Notes: generated by a model from the sequence alone, not told the origin. Shown: positions 38,027 through 50,814, counted from the stretch's first letter. The stretch is 64,000 nucleotides of DNA from Eledone cirrhosa (GCA_964016885.1 OZ024761.1:11408001-11472000), one strand, 5' to 3'. Program-made: numbers and translations.

Positions 38027-38644
38027 GTATGTTAACTTTTCTATTTATGAATGTGTGAATTAGAATACATTGCCAAGTGAAACATTTTGAAAATAGAATT
38101 AGATTTCACTGTGTATTGACTACAGAAAGTAGTCTAAGTAGTCTAATATAATTGTTTCTACTTTTGGCACAAAGCCAGCAATTACCCCAGTGTATTACTG
38201 GTACTTTATTTTATCGACCCCATAAGGATAAAAGGCAAAGCTAACCTAATATAATGGAAAGAAGTCGGCATTAGGACCAGAGGCGTATCTAAAGTATGGC
38301 CCCCATGGCACGTGTCATGGGGGCCACTTGAAAGGGGTCGCTACCTGGACTAGGAGCGCCACATGAAAGGGGGCGCTACCTGGACTAGGAATACTTTCTA
38401 TTAAAGTCAGATAAGCTTTAGTCAGAGAGTGAAAAAAGAAACTCCATCAGATGTATGATCTGTGTCTGTCATGGGTGAGAAACACTATGGTGGCTGGATC
38501 ATTAAACCATTTATATAAATAATTAGATCTTCATAGGTATAAATACAGTGCTGGGAACTATATTACCACATAGGCATACCTTATAGTAAGACTTGTCAAA
38601 TATTTTAATAGGGTTTTAATATTTGTCAAAGATCAGTATTACAC

Positions 38645-38922
38645 AGATCTAGCGTCCTGTATTCTCAGTCATTTCACACCATAAAACTGGGGTAAGCAAC
38701 AGAATTTGACTCTGTGGTGGACTGGCATTTTGTCGGTCGCTTCACGCCATGAAACCAGGATAATCACCTGACTGATGAGCATCCTGGCTTCAGATAGACT
38801 TTGACTCTGTGATGGACTAGCGTCCTGTCCAGGGGAGTCTTGTACTACTCAGTCGCTTCATGCCACGAAACCAGGATAAACACCTGACTGATGGGCCCCT
38901 TGGCTTGATACAGATCTTAGAC
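38645..38922 (+). repeat. About 2.5 tandem degenerate copies of a SINE central/3' domain
   Basis: gatggactagcgtcctgtccagggg..gtcgcttcatgccacgaaaccaggat..ctgatg is repeated. Confidence 0.5.
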
Positions 38923-38998
38923 TTAAGCTGTGACAAATCCACCAATCCTCCATCCGTAATATAGATAAAAATATTAATTTTTATTCCTTTATTTCCAG

Positions 38999-39448
38999 AC
39001 TTTGATCTGTGCCCGCCATTTTGGCTGTTCAGGAGTTTATATCGGACTGGCATATTTATTTGATAAAAACTCAGGAAGACAGCTTCAGCAAATATCTCAC
39101 TGTGTCCTTGGTATCTACTGCTTAACGCTTGTCGTTGCCCTTAATAACAACAACGAGTTGTATGAAGCCTTCCTACGCCATTTCCCACTAGCAGATGTTT
39201 CCCATGTCGTCATCAATGTATTACTGGGACTCTGCTCAGTGTCGCTGTTCTCAGGAGTGAAAGGAGTTCAGTGTAAGACCTTCTTTACCATGGCAGCAGT
39301 AATGGCATCAGTTTCTATCTTCATTGATTCTCAAATCTCCTATTGGACTGAATACAAGAAAGTTCATTTCTGGAATCAAATCCGACTCATTTCTGACCAA
39401 GTGTGCATCACCATAGGCCTTATCTTATTTGGATTGTCTTCCTACTAA
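38999..39448 (+). CDS. TMEM101: TMEM101-like exon 3 (terminal)
   Basis: ttccag acceptor. Contains LGIY, IDSQISYW and VHFWNQIRLI, corresponding to TMEM101 IDGNVAYW..VEFWNQMKLL. Multi-pass hydrophobic profile. Confidence 0.85.
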   Translation, partial: TLICARHFGCSGVYIGLAYLFDKNSGRQLQQISHCVLGIYCLTLVVALNNNNELYEAFLRHFPLADVSHVVINVLLGLCSVSLFSGVKGVQCKTFFTMAAVMASVSIFIDSQISYWTEYKKVHFWNQIRLISDQVCITIGLILFGLSSY

Positions 39449-39588
39449 ATATTGAACAGTTGGCACTTTCATTTACACTATGTACACACATACATAGAAC
39501 AGTCAGACATTAACTGAATGAGTACTCAATACATGTGTTCTGAGTATGTTATATATTTTATGGGAAAGTTTATATATATATATATGTA

Positions 39589-39650
<62 letters not shown>

Positions 39651-39728
39651 TGCTAAAGTTTGCTTGAAGCATTGTGGAATATTAAAAATAGTCATTTTGG
39701 AAGTTTCGACGTTGAGGCTTCCAAGGCG

Positions 39729-39764
<36 letters not shown>

Positions 39765-39786
39765 TGTAAATATGTGTGTGTGGTAA

Positions 39787-39970
39787 TATCCCGGGTTCAA
39801 TCAGGGGTAACCACAGTAAGTAAGGTACTCAATACATAGTAGAGTATGTACAATATTTAATATAGAAATGGCTTCTACATGACTAGAAGGAAATCATCAG
39901 GACTTTCCTGATGATTTGCTTTGAATGAAACAGTACTAGTCCTGGAGAAGCCATATCTATGTTAAATATT
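39787..39970 (-). mobile_element. Hammerhead-bearing short element family A, palindromic copy
   Basis: Tail in reverse orientation (cccgggttcaatcaggggtaaccacagtaagtaaggtactcaatac) plus cctgatga...gaaacag..ctg arm. Confidence 0.62.
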
Positions 39971-40820
39971 ACATATATATATATGTGTGAGAGTTGGCTG
40001 AAATGTTCATAGGCTGACCAAGATACTCTCATGGAATGACCAAATGTGGTTTATTTTTCAACATAATCCCTGGAAAGAAACAAGACACTTAATAATAAGA
40101 AGAGTTGAAATTAATGCGTGCAAAAAAATTCCTTCTATATCTGGTAATCATTTTATTGAACTAATATCAATAGAGCTGGAGGTTTAATTTATTGAACGGC
40201 AGAATCTGATCTCTGAAAGGTAAAAAAAAAGGTAAAAATTGAAATCTGAAATTAAATTCTGAAGGGAATTTAGCTTGATCTGCTGCTTTTATCATCTCAC
40301 TGCTCCCTATATAAGAGGATCCCTTTCTTGGGAAGACTACCAACCTCTTTTACTGAATATATCTCAACAGTGACCCTTACAACACCCTCTCACTGTAACA
40401 TTGATAAAAGAAATTATACAGTGAAAATTAAATTTTTGATAATTTTATTTTTATCTTATTAAAACATTTAGAGTTTTACTAGTTTGTATATTTTGCCCCC
40501 TACCCCTCTTTTCACTCCCCCTTCCCCACTCATTGTTACTTGCCTTTCAACAACCATTCCCTACTGACTCCTCCTTGCCATAGGGGGCACTGTAGTGACA
40601 TACAGCGTTTCTTGGGCATTTAAAATCTGTCAGAGCCCATCCTTTTCCAGGTTTAAACATAGCTGATTTCTGAGGGTTACACACACACACACACACACAC
40701 ATATGTGTGTGTGTGTGTGTGTGTGTGTAACGCATATATATATATATATGTGTGTGTGTGTAAGTATTTCTGTAGAAAGGATTGTGTTGTTTATTATGTA
40801 ATTATATATTTGTATATATA

Positions 40821-40875
<55 letters not shown>

Positions 40876-40991
40876 ATCAACTATCTACTTCTCCCAAATT
40901 ACAAGAAAGTCAGTAACTGGGGTCTTATCTACAAGTGAACCAATGACTGGTTCTTATAACACGGCTGAACTTTCCACACTTGTTCCTCCTC

Positions 40992-41372
40992 TTAACCCTT
41001 TCATTACCATATTTCTAATGAAAGACACTGCCTATGTCATTAACCATTTCATTACCATATTTCTAATGAAAGACACTGCCTATGTCATTAACCCTTTCAT
41101 TACCATATTTCTAATGAAAGACACTACCTATGTCATTAACCCTTTCATTACCATATTTCTAATGAAAGATAGTACCTATGTCATTAACCCTTTCACTACC
41201 ATATTTCTAATGAAAGATAGTACCTATGTCATTAACCCTTTCATTACCATATTTCTAATGAAAGATAGTACCTATGTCATTAACCCTTTCATTACCATAT
41301 TTCTAATGAAAGATAGTACCTATGTCATTAACCCTTTCATTACCATATTTCTAATGAAAGACACTGTCTATG
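40992..41372 (+). repeat. 48-bp tandem array (about 8 copies), each unit starting TTAACCCTTT
   Basis: Unit ttaaccctttcattaccatatttctaatgaaagacactgcctatgtca. Confidence 0.95.
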
Positions 41373-42125
41373 TTTTGGCAGTTTCAAATAATTTTCAAAG
41401 CAATCAAGAAGTGTATTGAATGGTCTAATGTAACTATAGTAGTGTAGGTGTATATATCAACAATTTAGTCTCAACATTAACCCTAAGCATTTACATTATA
41501 TTTACTATTGTATTCTAACAGTAAAGGCTTTATCTCACATAACATCCATAAGCTTGGCTGGTCACACTTGGTGACCCTGACAGATCAGTTGGAGACAGTT
41601 GCTTCTGACAGGAGCCGCTGAGAAAAGAAGAAGAATTAACTTTCTTGTTACTAAGCTAGTGTTTGGAACATAACTTAACACAAGTTCTTTTGGAGAAATA
41701 TATAAACACCTTAAAACAAAATAGGTAGTGTCTTTCATTAGAAATACTAGCAGTAAAACCACCTTATGGGTGGTTTTACTGCTAGTATTTGTAGTGTACA
41801 TATTGATATTATATGCAAGTGTATATACATGTAGATATGATACGTCAAATAACATCGTAATTGACAATATACACAGAAATTGAATGAAGACCGTGTTACA
41901 CTGTCTTATGTAATCAGTAAAGTAATCCATGATACATTAAAAAAAGACAATATTATATATAAACTGCATTAGGAGAAAATTAGTGACAGAAAATTAATAT
42001 TTATTTAAGCGATCGCCACCGGAAGTGTTGACATTGGAAAATTTTAAAGAAGTGAATCTTTAAATATATAATAAAATATATTTAATGAACAGCCACGAAA
42101 TTTAGTAGATAGATTATGTAATATT

Positions 42126-42512
42126 TGGCAGTATCGGTAGAGGGTCGGACGCCATGCTTTCCAGCATAGTTACGTCCCTTTACGATCTGAGTTCAAATCC
42201 CGCCGAGGTTGACTTTGCCTTTCATCCTTACGGGGTCGATAAAATAAAGTACCAGTAATGCACTGGGTAATTGCTGGCCTTGTGCCAATAGTAGAAACAA
42301 TTATTTATTCAAAGTAATAGGCGGTGGATTGGCAGTATCAGTAGAGGGTCGGACGCCATGCTTTGAAGCATAGAGTTACCTCCCTTTAAGATCTGAGTTC
42401 AAATCCCGCTGAGGTTAACTTTGCCTTTTATCCTTACGGTGTCGATAAAATAAAGTACCAGTAATGTACTGGGTAATTGCTGGCCTTGTGCCAAAAAAGT
42501 AGAAACAATTAT
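42126..42512 (+). mobile_element. Two tandem SINE family 1 copies
   Basis: Both full length, each followed by attatttattcaaagtaat. Confidence 0.85.
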
Positions 42513-42581
42513 TTATTCAAAGTAATCCAACTTATTTTAAACCGTACACAATCCCGCGCTTCTTACTTTATTATAGTTTAG

Positions 42582-42979
42582 ATGGTAATGAAAGGGTTAA
42601 TGACATAGACAGTGTCTTTCATTAGAAATATGGTAATGAAAGGGTTAATGACATAGACAGTGTCTTTCATTAGAAATATGGTAATGAAAGGGTTAATGAC
42701 ATAGGTAGTGTCTTTCATTAGAAATATGGTAATGAAAGGGTTAATGACATAGACAGTGTCTTTCATTAGAAATATGGTAATGAAAGGGTTAATGACACAG
42801 GTAGTGTCTTTCATTAGAAATATGGTAATGAAAGGGTTAATGACATAGACAGTGTCTTTCATTGGAAATATGGTAATGAAAGGGTTAATGACATGGACAG
42901 TGTCTTTCATTAGAAATATGGTAATGAAAGGGTTAATGACAGAGACAGTGTTTTTCATTAGAAATATGGTAATGAAAGA
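42582..42979 (-). repeat. Inverted copy of the 48-bp tandem array (about 8 copies)
   Basis: Reverse complement of the 40992-41372 unit. Confidence 0.95.
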
Positions 42980-43375
42980 TTAAATTCTTAAAATCTTTCG
43001 ATTATTTTTTGATTTCAAAGACTGTCTCATTAAATTTTTATTTATTTATTTTTGTATGTCCCAACAAATTGAGGAATTGTTTAGGGGTCAGCTTTGTTGG
43101 TTATTTGCTGCCTTTTTGGGAATGACTTCCAATAAAATTTTCTTTTAATATATGAAGGATCCTGTTAACCATTTTGATACCCTGGTTGTACCATAGCTTT
43201 GTTGTGTCATACAAAACTGTTTGTATTATAAACTGTTATATAAATATCTAAGTCTGTCATTTTCTACGAATGATTTCCCATTAAAATACTGTATATATTT
43301 GTGTATAAGTTGACTTGAATATAAGCCACCCCTATTTTATGTCTGAGAAATGTGTAAAAATCTAAACCGGGTATA

Positions 43376-43452
43376 TACGAGGGTCAGCAGAAAAGTTCAT
43401 AGGCTGACCAAGATACTCTCATGGAATAACCAAATAAGGTTTACTTTTCAAT
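43376..43452 (+). mobile_element. mariner-like terminal fragment (second copy near 39988-40068)
   Basis: TA-cgagggtcagcagaaaagttcataggctgaccaagatactctcatggaat, repeated in the window. Confidence 0.4.
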
Positions 43453-43494
43453 GGTTCTTTGCTTAGTAAAAGACGTACCATTATTAGTTATTTA

Positions 43495-43708
43495 AGGGCA
43501 GTGGATTGACAGTATCGGTAGAGCATCGGGAACCGTGCTTTGCAGCATAGAGTTACGTCTCTTTTTGTCCTGAGTTCAAATCCAGCTGAGGTTTACTTTG
43601 CCTTCCACCTTACGAGGTCCATAAAATAAGGTACCAGTAATGCACTGGGGTTGATATAATCAACTTGCCACTTTCCCCTAAATTCTCAGCCTTGTGCCTA
43701 AATCAGAA
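43495..43708 (+). mobile_element. SINE family 1-related copy
   Basis: A/B boxes and core with a longer tail. Confidence 0.75.
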
Positions 43709-43967
43709 ACCTCAGTTAGCTTCGCCCCCCCCCCCCATACTCTGGAGCGTAGGCCACCAAGTTTTCTCCAGCCATTATAGCCCTGGGCTAGTTCCAACTG
43801 TCCCCATGACCATCACAAACTTCTTTATTTGCTACTCCAAATCATGGGGTATTCCAAAGTGAGGTCTCCAATGTGAGGTCTCCAATGTGGGGTATTCCAA
43901 TGAGGAGTTGGTCTCCAACAAAAACAAGAACAGAAATGTCAGCAAAAGGTTGGATGAACTTTTAAAC

Positions 43968-44325
43968 AAAATAAACACATTTAGGGCACCAAAGTAAGAA
44001 GGGTCCTATTTTATTGAAATAAACATGTTTAGGGCACCAAAGGAAAAGGGGTCCTATTTTATTGAAATAAACATGTTTAGGGCACCAAAGGAAAAGGGGT
44101 CCTATTTTATTGAAATAAACATGTTTAGGGCACCAAAGGAAAAGGGGTGCTATTTTATTGAAATAAACACGTATTGGGCACCAAAGGAAGATGGGTGCTA
44201 TTTTATTGAAGTAACCATGTTTAGGGCATCAAAGGAAGAAAAACAGCATTTCATTTAAATAAGCTCACACTTAGAGTATCAAGGGAACAGGGGTATCATT
44301 TTATTCAAATAAACACGTTTAGGGT
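43968..44325. repeat. 48-bp tandem repeat (about 7 copies)
   Basis: Unit ttttattgaaataaacatgtttagggcaccaaaggaaaaggggtccta. Confidence 0.88.
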
Positions 44326-45147
44326 CTCAAGTAAAGAGTGGAGGGTTCTTCATTGGTTTTTTTTTTCCCCTGTACAGTATATGGGGGGGGGGGGTACCAT
44401 AATCTTGTCAGTGCTTAGGGCCTCTCAGTGCCTTAATCTGATCCCCGATGAAGATCTCTGGTCTTACAAGACAAATGGGTGTTAAGATACACCACAGAAA
44501 CACAGCAAAGAGGTACTGCTTTCTCATTGGTTTAAAAAAGCGGTGTATGATTAAAACTTTCGCTAGATGTATAATGACCGCTGCAAGTATATCTTGACGT
44601 GATGATTTGGTGTTTAAAATCTTCTCGGGGTCAGTGTTCTATATATACGATGTAAGACAATGTTGTATAATAAATACATTATTTGATTTGATAAGAACAC
44701 TTTCGATTGATATTGAAATGTGTTGTGATATTGGTGTGTGGACTAATATTTGTACTGTACTACCACCACCATCATCATCATCACAATCGCATACACCACC
44801 ATCATCATCGTCATCACTACAATTGCATACACCATCATCATCACCACCACAATCGCATACACCACCTCCACTACCACCATCACCATCATCATCACCGTTT
44901 AACGTTATTTTTCCCTGCTAGCAAGGTTTGGTAGTCAAGCGAAGCCTCTGACCTCCCAGGTCGACCGGGAGCCCCGACATACCATCCCCCGCTGTACTGA
45001 GTGCATCTTATCATGTTGATCACCTACATCATGGGAGTTGTCCTGTCTTTAGAAAAGTAGAAACAATTATTATTGATACAGCTAGATGATGGTTAATATG
45101 TGACATACACACACATATATTTTATGAGGAAAGGAAAGGGTCTATAA

Positions 45148-45712
45148 CAGGGGTCGGCAACCTTTTGGGGTGTGCGGGCCACATAGCTATGCAGTGTCTC
45201 GTCGGTGGACCACATAGATATGCAGTGTCTCGTCGGTGGACCACATAGATATGCAGTGTCTCGTCGGTGGACCACATAGCTATGCAGTGTCTCATCGGTG
45301 GACCACAGATATGCAGTGTCTTGTCGGTGGACCACATTGCTATGCAGTGTCTCGTTGACGAGCCATGATATCAAAATATAATAAATTTGCTCGACCTCAG
45401 ACTGCTCTGTCCAGAAGGATACCTTAATTCCGGGATTTAAAGAACAATGAATTTTATGTGATATTACTTAAATGACATTCCTTACTACAAATAAAATACT
45501 GACAGAAATGGTCAATTGTTTAATGAGATTCTCTCTGTCCGAGTTTGATTGTTTGTTAATGTCACGCAAAAAATTACACTCAGCTAAGTTAGTTATATGG
45601 CTAGACATGTTCTCTAGTCGGTTTTCTAATCCAAAATAATTCAGAGTACTTTTTCAGGTATCACTTAGTCTAAGATTGAAATCCTTCGCAGGCCGGGGGT
45701 TGCCAACCTCTG
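45148..45712. mobile_element. hAT-type MITE with internal about 31-bp tandem repeat (45183-45355)
   Basis: TIRs caggggtcggcaacc / ggttgccaacctctg. Near-duplicated 8-bp flanks gtctataa / ctctatag. Confidence 0.7.
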
Positions 45713-45889
45713 CTCTATAGTGTAAAATTACACACACATGTACACCAGGTCCCCTCTCATCAATGGTGGAAGATATACAATGGCCCTGTATATTTAAACC
45801 TGTTTTACTACACACAAACCATCAACAACCCAAATAAGGAAGCAGTTTCTAAGAACAGTAAACTTGTAATATATGAAAATGCAATTATC

Positions 45890-46072
45890 TGGCAGTATCG
45901 GTAGAGGGTCGGGCACCATGCTTTTCCCGCGTAGAGTTACGTCCCTTTATGGTCTGAGTTCAAATCCGTGAGGTTAACTTTGCCTTTCATCCTAACGGGG
46001 GTTGATAAAATAAAGTACCAGTAATGGACTGCGGTAATTACTGGTCTTGTACCAAAAGTAGAAAGAATTATT
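45890..46072 (+). mobile_element. SINE family 1
   Basis: Family consensus match. Confidence 0.8.
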
Positions 46073-46489
46073 ATAAAATAAATAATAATGAAATTATTGT
46101 GTACAGTGCTCAGGTGCACTACAACTCATCAAAGGTGCATGTATAGTACATAGAATAATGTACAAATGTCAGGAAAATGAACAGTGTACGAGTCATGATA
46201 TAATAACAATAATGAAATATTGTGTACAGTGCCCAGGTGCACCACAACTCATCAAAAAAGTGCATGCACAGTACATAGGGCAATGCACAAACATCAGTAA
46301 AATGAACAGTGCACGAGTCATGATACACACGTGTGCATGTGCATGGAAGGGGTACATCAGGTGTAGTTTTGGCGTATGTCGGGAAGCATGAGTGTCTTAA
46401 AGGATGCAGTGTCTCGGCAGATAAGAAATATATGAGATGAAATAGAATTACATTCAATCAATTAATAATTGCTAGGAACCTTATAAATA

Positions 46490-46806
46490 GAATTGTTTCT
46501 ACTTTTGGCACAAGGCCGGCAAATTACCCCAGTGTATTACTGGTACTTTATTTTATCGACCACGTAAGGATGAAAGGCAAAGTTAACCTCGGCGGGATTT
46601 GAACTCAGACCACAAAGGGGGGTAACTCTTTGCTGCAAAGCATGGCGTCCGACCCTCTACTGATACTGCCAATCCAGCTTATAAATATAATTGTTTCTAC
46701 TTTTGGCACAAGGCCAGCAATTATCTCAGTGTATTACTGGTACTTTATTTTATCGACCCCGTAAGGATGAACGACAAAGTTAACCTCGGCGGGATTTGAA
46801 CTCAGA
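46490..46806 (-). mobile_element. Two adjacent SINE family 1 copies (second partial)
   Basis: Reverse-complement consensus twice. Confidence 0.82.
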
Positions 46807-47285
46807 ATGCACAAAAAACATGCAATCAAAGCGAAAGGAAAACAACAACAAAAAATACGCTATTATTTCACCAATAAGTGCTTCAGTGGGCCACACACCA
46901 CATCCCAAGGGTCATCGGACATTTTTGTGGCAAGCCAACACACTAGCAGCATTAATTCGGCTGATGGCGAGGTTAAGATTCTGAAGCAACCAAGCACACT
47001 CACGGGCAACACATGACACCTCGACAACGACAACATCAACAACGACAACAACAGCAACGACAACAACAAAAGCAACAATGACAACATCGAAAGCAACAAC
47101 GACAACATCAACAACGACAATATCAACAACAACATCTACAACAACAATGACAGCATCATCAACAACGACATCATCTACAACAACAATGACAGCATCAGCA
47201 TCATCATCATCTTCATCATCAACAACAGCGACAATAACATCAACAAGCACAAGCACAACAACAGTTCGTCTAAGCCAACACATGT

Positions 47286-47300
47286 ACCGGAAGCGGAAGT
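47286..47300 (+). promoter_or_regulatory. Tandem ETS/GABP-type sites, putative housekeeping promoter (possibly OTUD3)
   Basis: ACCGGAAGCGGAAGT in locally non-repetitive sequence. Assignment to a gene is inference. Confidence 0.4.
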
Positions 47301-48014
47301 TGGAGCCGATCATATGATTTCACTGGTTTGTTGGTGTCTAGCAAAAAAAAAAAAACAACCAACAAAAACAGATACTAGAGAACGACTACAACATATCTTT
47401 TGTAAAGAAGAAGAAAGGCTGACCGCTTGATATTGAAAGTAAATTTTAGGGTAAACCCTTCTCTCCCGGCCCACCGAGCAAGTGTTGCTGCTGCCCTAAA
47501 CTAACAATGTAGCCAGTTTAATGGTTTAAGATTTTCACATGACAGCCTCTACAATTCTTGTATGTCTACCTGTTTGTGTTTCTGTCTACCTGTTTCAACA
47601 TCTACTATATATAGGTAAGTTAAATTTACCTTTAGTCTTAATATTACTAATGCTACTATCACCACTGTCGTTTTTACTACTATATTTACATTGTGTCACC
47701 TCTTCTTTCTATTACTAAAATTAAAACAATACATTAAAGAATGTATTATATATACATTATATACACAATACGACACAGCTATATATATATATATATATAT
47801 ATATCATGACTGATTTCGAAGTTTGTTTGATCGCTTCATCTGGTACGTAGATAAAAGTGACCAGGATGAAACTTCGAAGTCACTAATCACCTTCCTACCA
47901 AAGAAAATACTTCTACACTCTACCCACATATATTGAGTGGTGGCCGTTTAGTTAATGTTTAAATATTTTAAATAACTACGGTATTTTAAACACACATTCT
48001 TATATGTATATATA

Positions 48015-48081
<67 letters not shown>

Positions 48082-48094
48082 ATAATATGTAGGT

Positions 48095-48278
48095 TCACGA
48101 GTGGTGTCAGGGGATAACACTAGTTTAAAAAGGTACTCAATACACTGGAAGAGTATAGGCATCTTTATTATATATAGAAATGACTTCTGCATGTCTAGAA
48201 CTATTTCATTCGTATGAAATAAGCAGGAATGCGTTGATGATTTCATACGACTGAAACAGTTCATGTCCTGTAGAACTC
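48095..48278 (-). mobile_element. Family A subfamily copy (degenerate hammerhead arms)
   Basis: aggtactcaatac tail and ttgatgatttcatacgactgaaacagttcatgtcctgtagaa. Confidence 0.55.
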
Positions 48279-48279
48279 A

Positions 48280-48322
<43 letters not shown>

Positions 48323-48901
48323 TTGTTTCTACTTTTATATATATACGAAGCATTACTTGTCATTATATATAATAACAAGTAATGTTTCGTTTAAAATGTT
48401 TCTGATCATTAATAAGAAGTCATAATATATTAAATTGTTAGGGAGTGCGTATTAGTCCTATAACAGTTTTTAGTTACTTATAATTGAGATGTGTAACCCT
48501 TACCACTTGCAGTTAATATTTTGGCTCAAGACTTGGTGTTTACATAAGAAAATTAGAGGCTGTGTATCAACACGTTTCGAGTTCAAATCCTATCTGAAGC
48601 CTTAGGTACAAGTAATATTTTGTAATATTCTGTAGTCGTTAGTTCAACTGGCCCCTGCAAATGTCATTAACAAACGTTTTGCTGAGTGCTAATTATATAT
48701 ATATATATATATATATATAATTAGTATTAATGGGTCAATAATCATGTTGCAATAGCAATTGTGACAGGCCCCACATTTTCTGGGGTCCTGTGCTAGGGTA
48801 CTTTATATTACATTACGATGCTACCTTTAGCCTTTTTCTGCAGGACGGCATTACTTTCTTTTAGATTACGATGCCCCCATCCTTTCATGCATACAAGTCA
48901 G

Positions 48902-48959
<58 letters not shown>

Positions 48960-49940
48960 CGAAGGAAGTGTGGTAAGGAACCAGGTGGACCATAACACAC
49001 CAGAGTACTCAACATTTAGGGTAGTAGAGTGGGTAATAGGAACATGTTCAAGACTCCGACGTCAGAGCTCAAGCTGTTTCGACGGGTATTTCAGAAATAG
49101 CCGTCGGGGTCTTGAACATTTTTCTATATATATATATATATATTTCGTTTCTGAATTTGGTGCGTGTGTTTCTTATTGGCAACACGACCCTCCCAAAGTC
49201 TTACTATATATATATACACATATACACACATCTGTATCTCCCCATGCATTGAGAATTCCCGGGGTTTCCCTGGGCTCAGCATCGCAGACTCTCACTCCCT
49301 CTCTCTCTCTCTATATATATATATTGAATTAAATGGTGCCCCTCGTCCCTTGATGCACTAAGCATGTGCTTAATTTAATGCAGCTGGTGCTCCAGCTCTG
49401 TCTTTATGTCGTATTTTTTTACTCCATTGCCCATTTGTACCGTCCTGCATTGTCCTGCACTGTCCTTAATGTCTACTTTATGTAAACCCTTGTGGTTAAT
49501 AAAGAAATCATTATTATAATTGTCCAGTTTTTCATTATAAAGTACCAGTAATACACTGAGATAATTGTTGGCCTTGTGCCAAAAGTAGAAACAATTATTA
49601 TAATTGTCTGAAATTCTGAAGGTTGAATTTGCATTTCATATTTCCGGGAATCGATCAGCTAAAATACACACACACACCACACCAGACACACACACACCAC
49701 ACCAGACACACACACACCACACCAGACACGCACACACTCACATACATACACACACAGTGTGTGTGTATAATTGTGGTACATTCAATCCTCTGTATTCCTC
49801 TCATGCAAATTTCTAGTAGCCTTTCTTGCGCCACTATTGTCGTCACCGATATTTTGTGAAGAAATTCCGTAGCTATTTTCACTATTAAACTGTACACACA
49901 TCGATATTGTTCTGGCTAAGTGTATATATATATATATATA

Positions 49941-49995
<55 letters not shown>

Positions 49996-50127
49996 AAGGA
50001 ATTGTGGTAAGGAACCAGATGGACCATAACGCACCAGAGTACTCAATACTTAGAGTAGTAGAGTGGGAAATAGGAAAAAGTAAGACCCCCGACGGCAGAG
50101 CTGAAGCCGTTTCGATGGCTATTTCTG

Positions 50128-50181
<54 letters not shown>

Positions 50182-50308
50182 ATAATAATAAATTTGAAGA
50201 CTAAAATCCAAAGAGGGCTCAATAAGGATAAGTATATATAAAATATATAAGAACCGTAGAGCAAATATTTATTAAAATAACTTTAATCTGTTATTTAATG
50301 TTATTTTA

Positions 50309-50358
<50 letters not shown>

Positions 50359-50441
50359 ATAAGTTTATCCCGGGTTCAATCAGTGGGAACCACAGTAAGT
50401 AAGGTACTCAATACATAGCAGAGTATAAATATAGAAATGGC

Positions 50442-50490
50442 GCTTCTACAGGACTAGAACTGTTTCATTCGGGAGAAATCATCAGGAAGC
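50442..50490 (-). ncRNA. Type I hammerhead ribozyme motif (family A, intact core)
   Basis: Minus strand reads gcttc CTGATGA t ttc tccc gaa t GAAA cag ttctagtc ctg TA gaagc: stem I, core, stem II, stem III and GUA cleavage triplet. Confidence 0.72.
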
Positions 50491-50501
50491 CGACTGTCCA
50501 A

Positions 50502-50532
<31 letters not shown>

Positions 50533-50592
50533 CGTGTATAAGTGACTTCTACAGGACTAGAACTGTTTCAGGCGTATGAAATACTCAAGTCA

Positions 50593-50637
50593 TTCCTGAT
50601 GATTTCGCTCGAATGAAACAGTTCTAGACCTGTAGAA
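50593..50637 (+). ncRNA. Type I hammerhead ribozyme motif (family A variant)
   Basis: ttc CTGATGA t ttc gctc gaa t GAAA cag ttctagac ctg TA gaa, with a short stem I. Confidence 0.6.
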
Positions 50638-50773
50638 GTCGTTTCTATGTATAATAAAGATGCCTACACCCTACCAATATATTGAGTACCTATTTTTTTT
50701 TTTTTAACTGTGGTTACCCCATCTACACGCACGTGTGTGTATGTAGGTATATATGTATATATGTGTATGTAGG

Positions 50774-50814
<41 letters not shown>

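Noticed and set aside
38740-38900. Hammerhead from GAAAC..CTGATGA motifs
   Set aside because: The stems do not fit any hammerhead topology (ccaggat pairs across the core). Better explained as a SINE domain.
41562-41930. 122-aa minus-strand ORF
   Set aside because: Runs through MITE-derived sequence and a hairpin, with no recognisable motif.
42126-42210. tRNA genes at GTTCAAATCCC motifs
   Set aside because: These are heads of multi-copy SINEs with no cloverleaf or acceptor stem.
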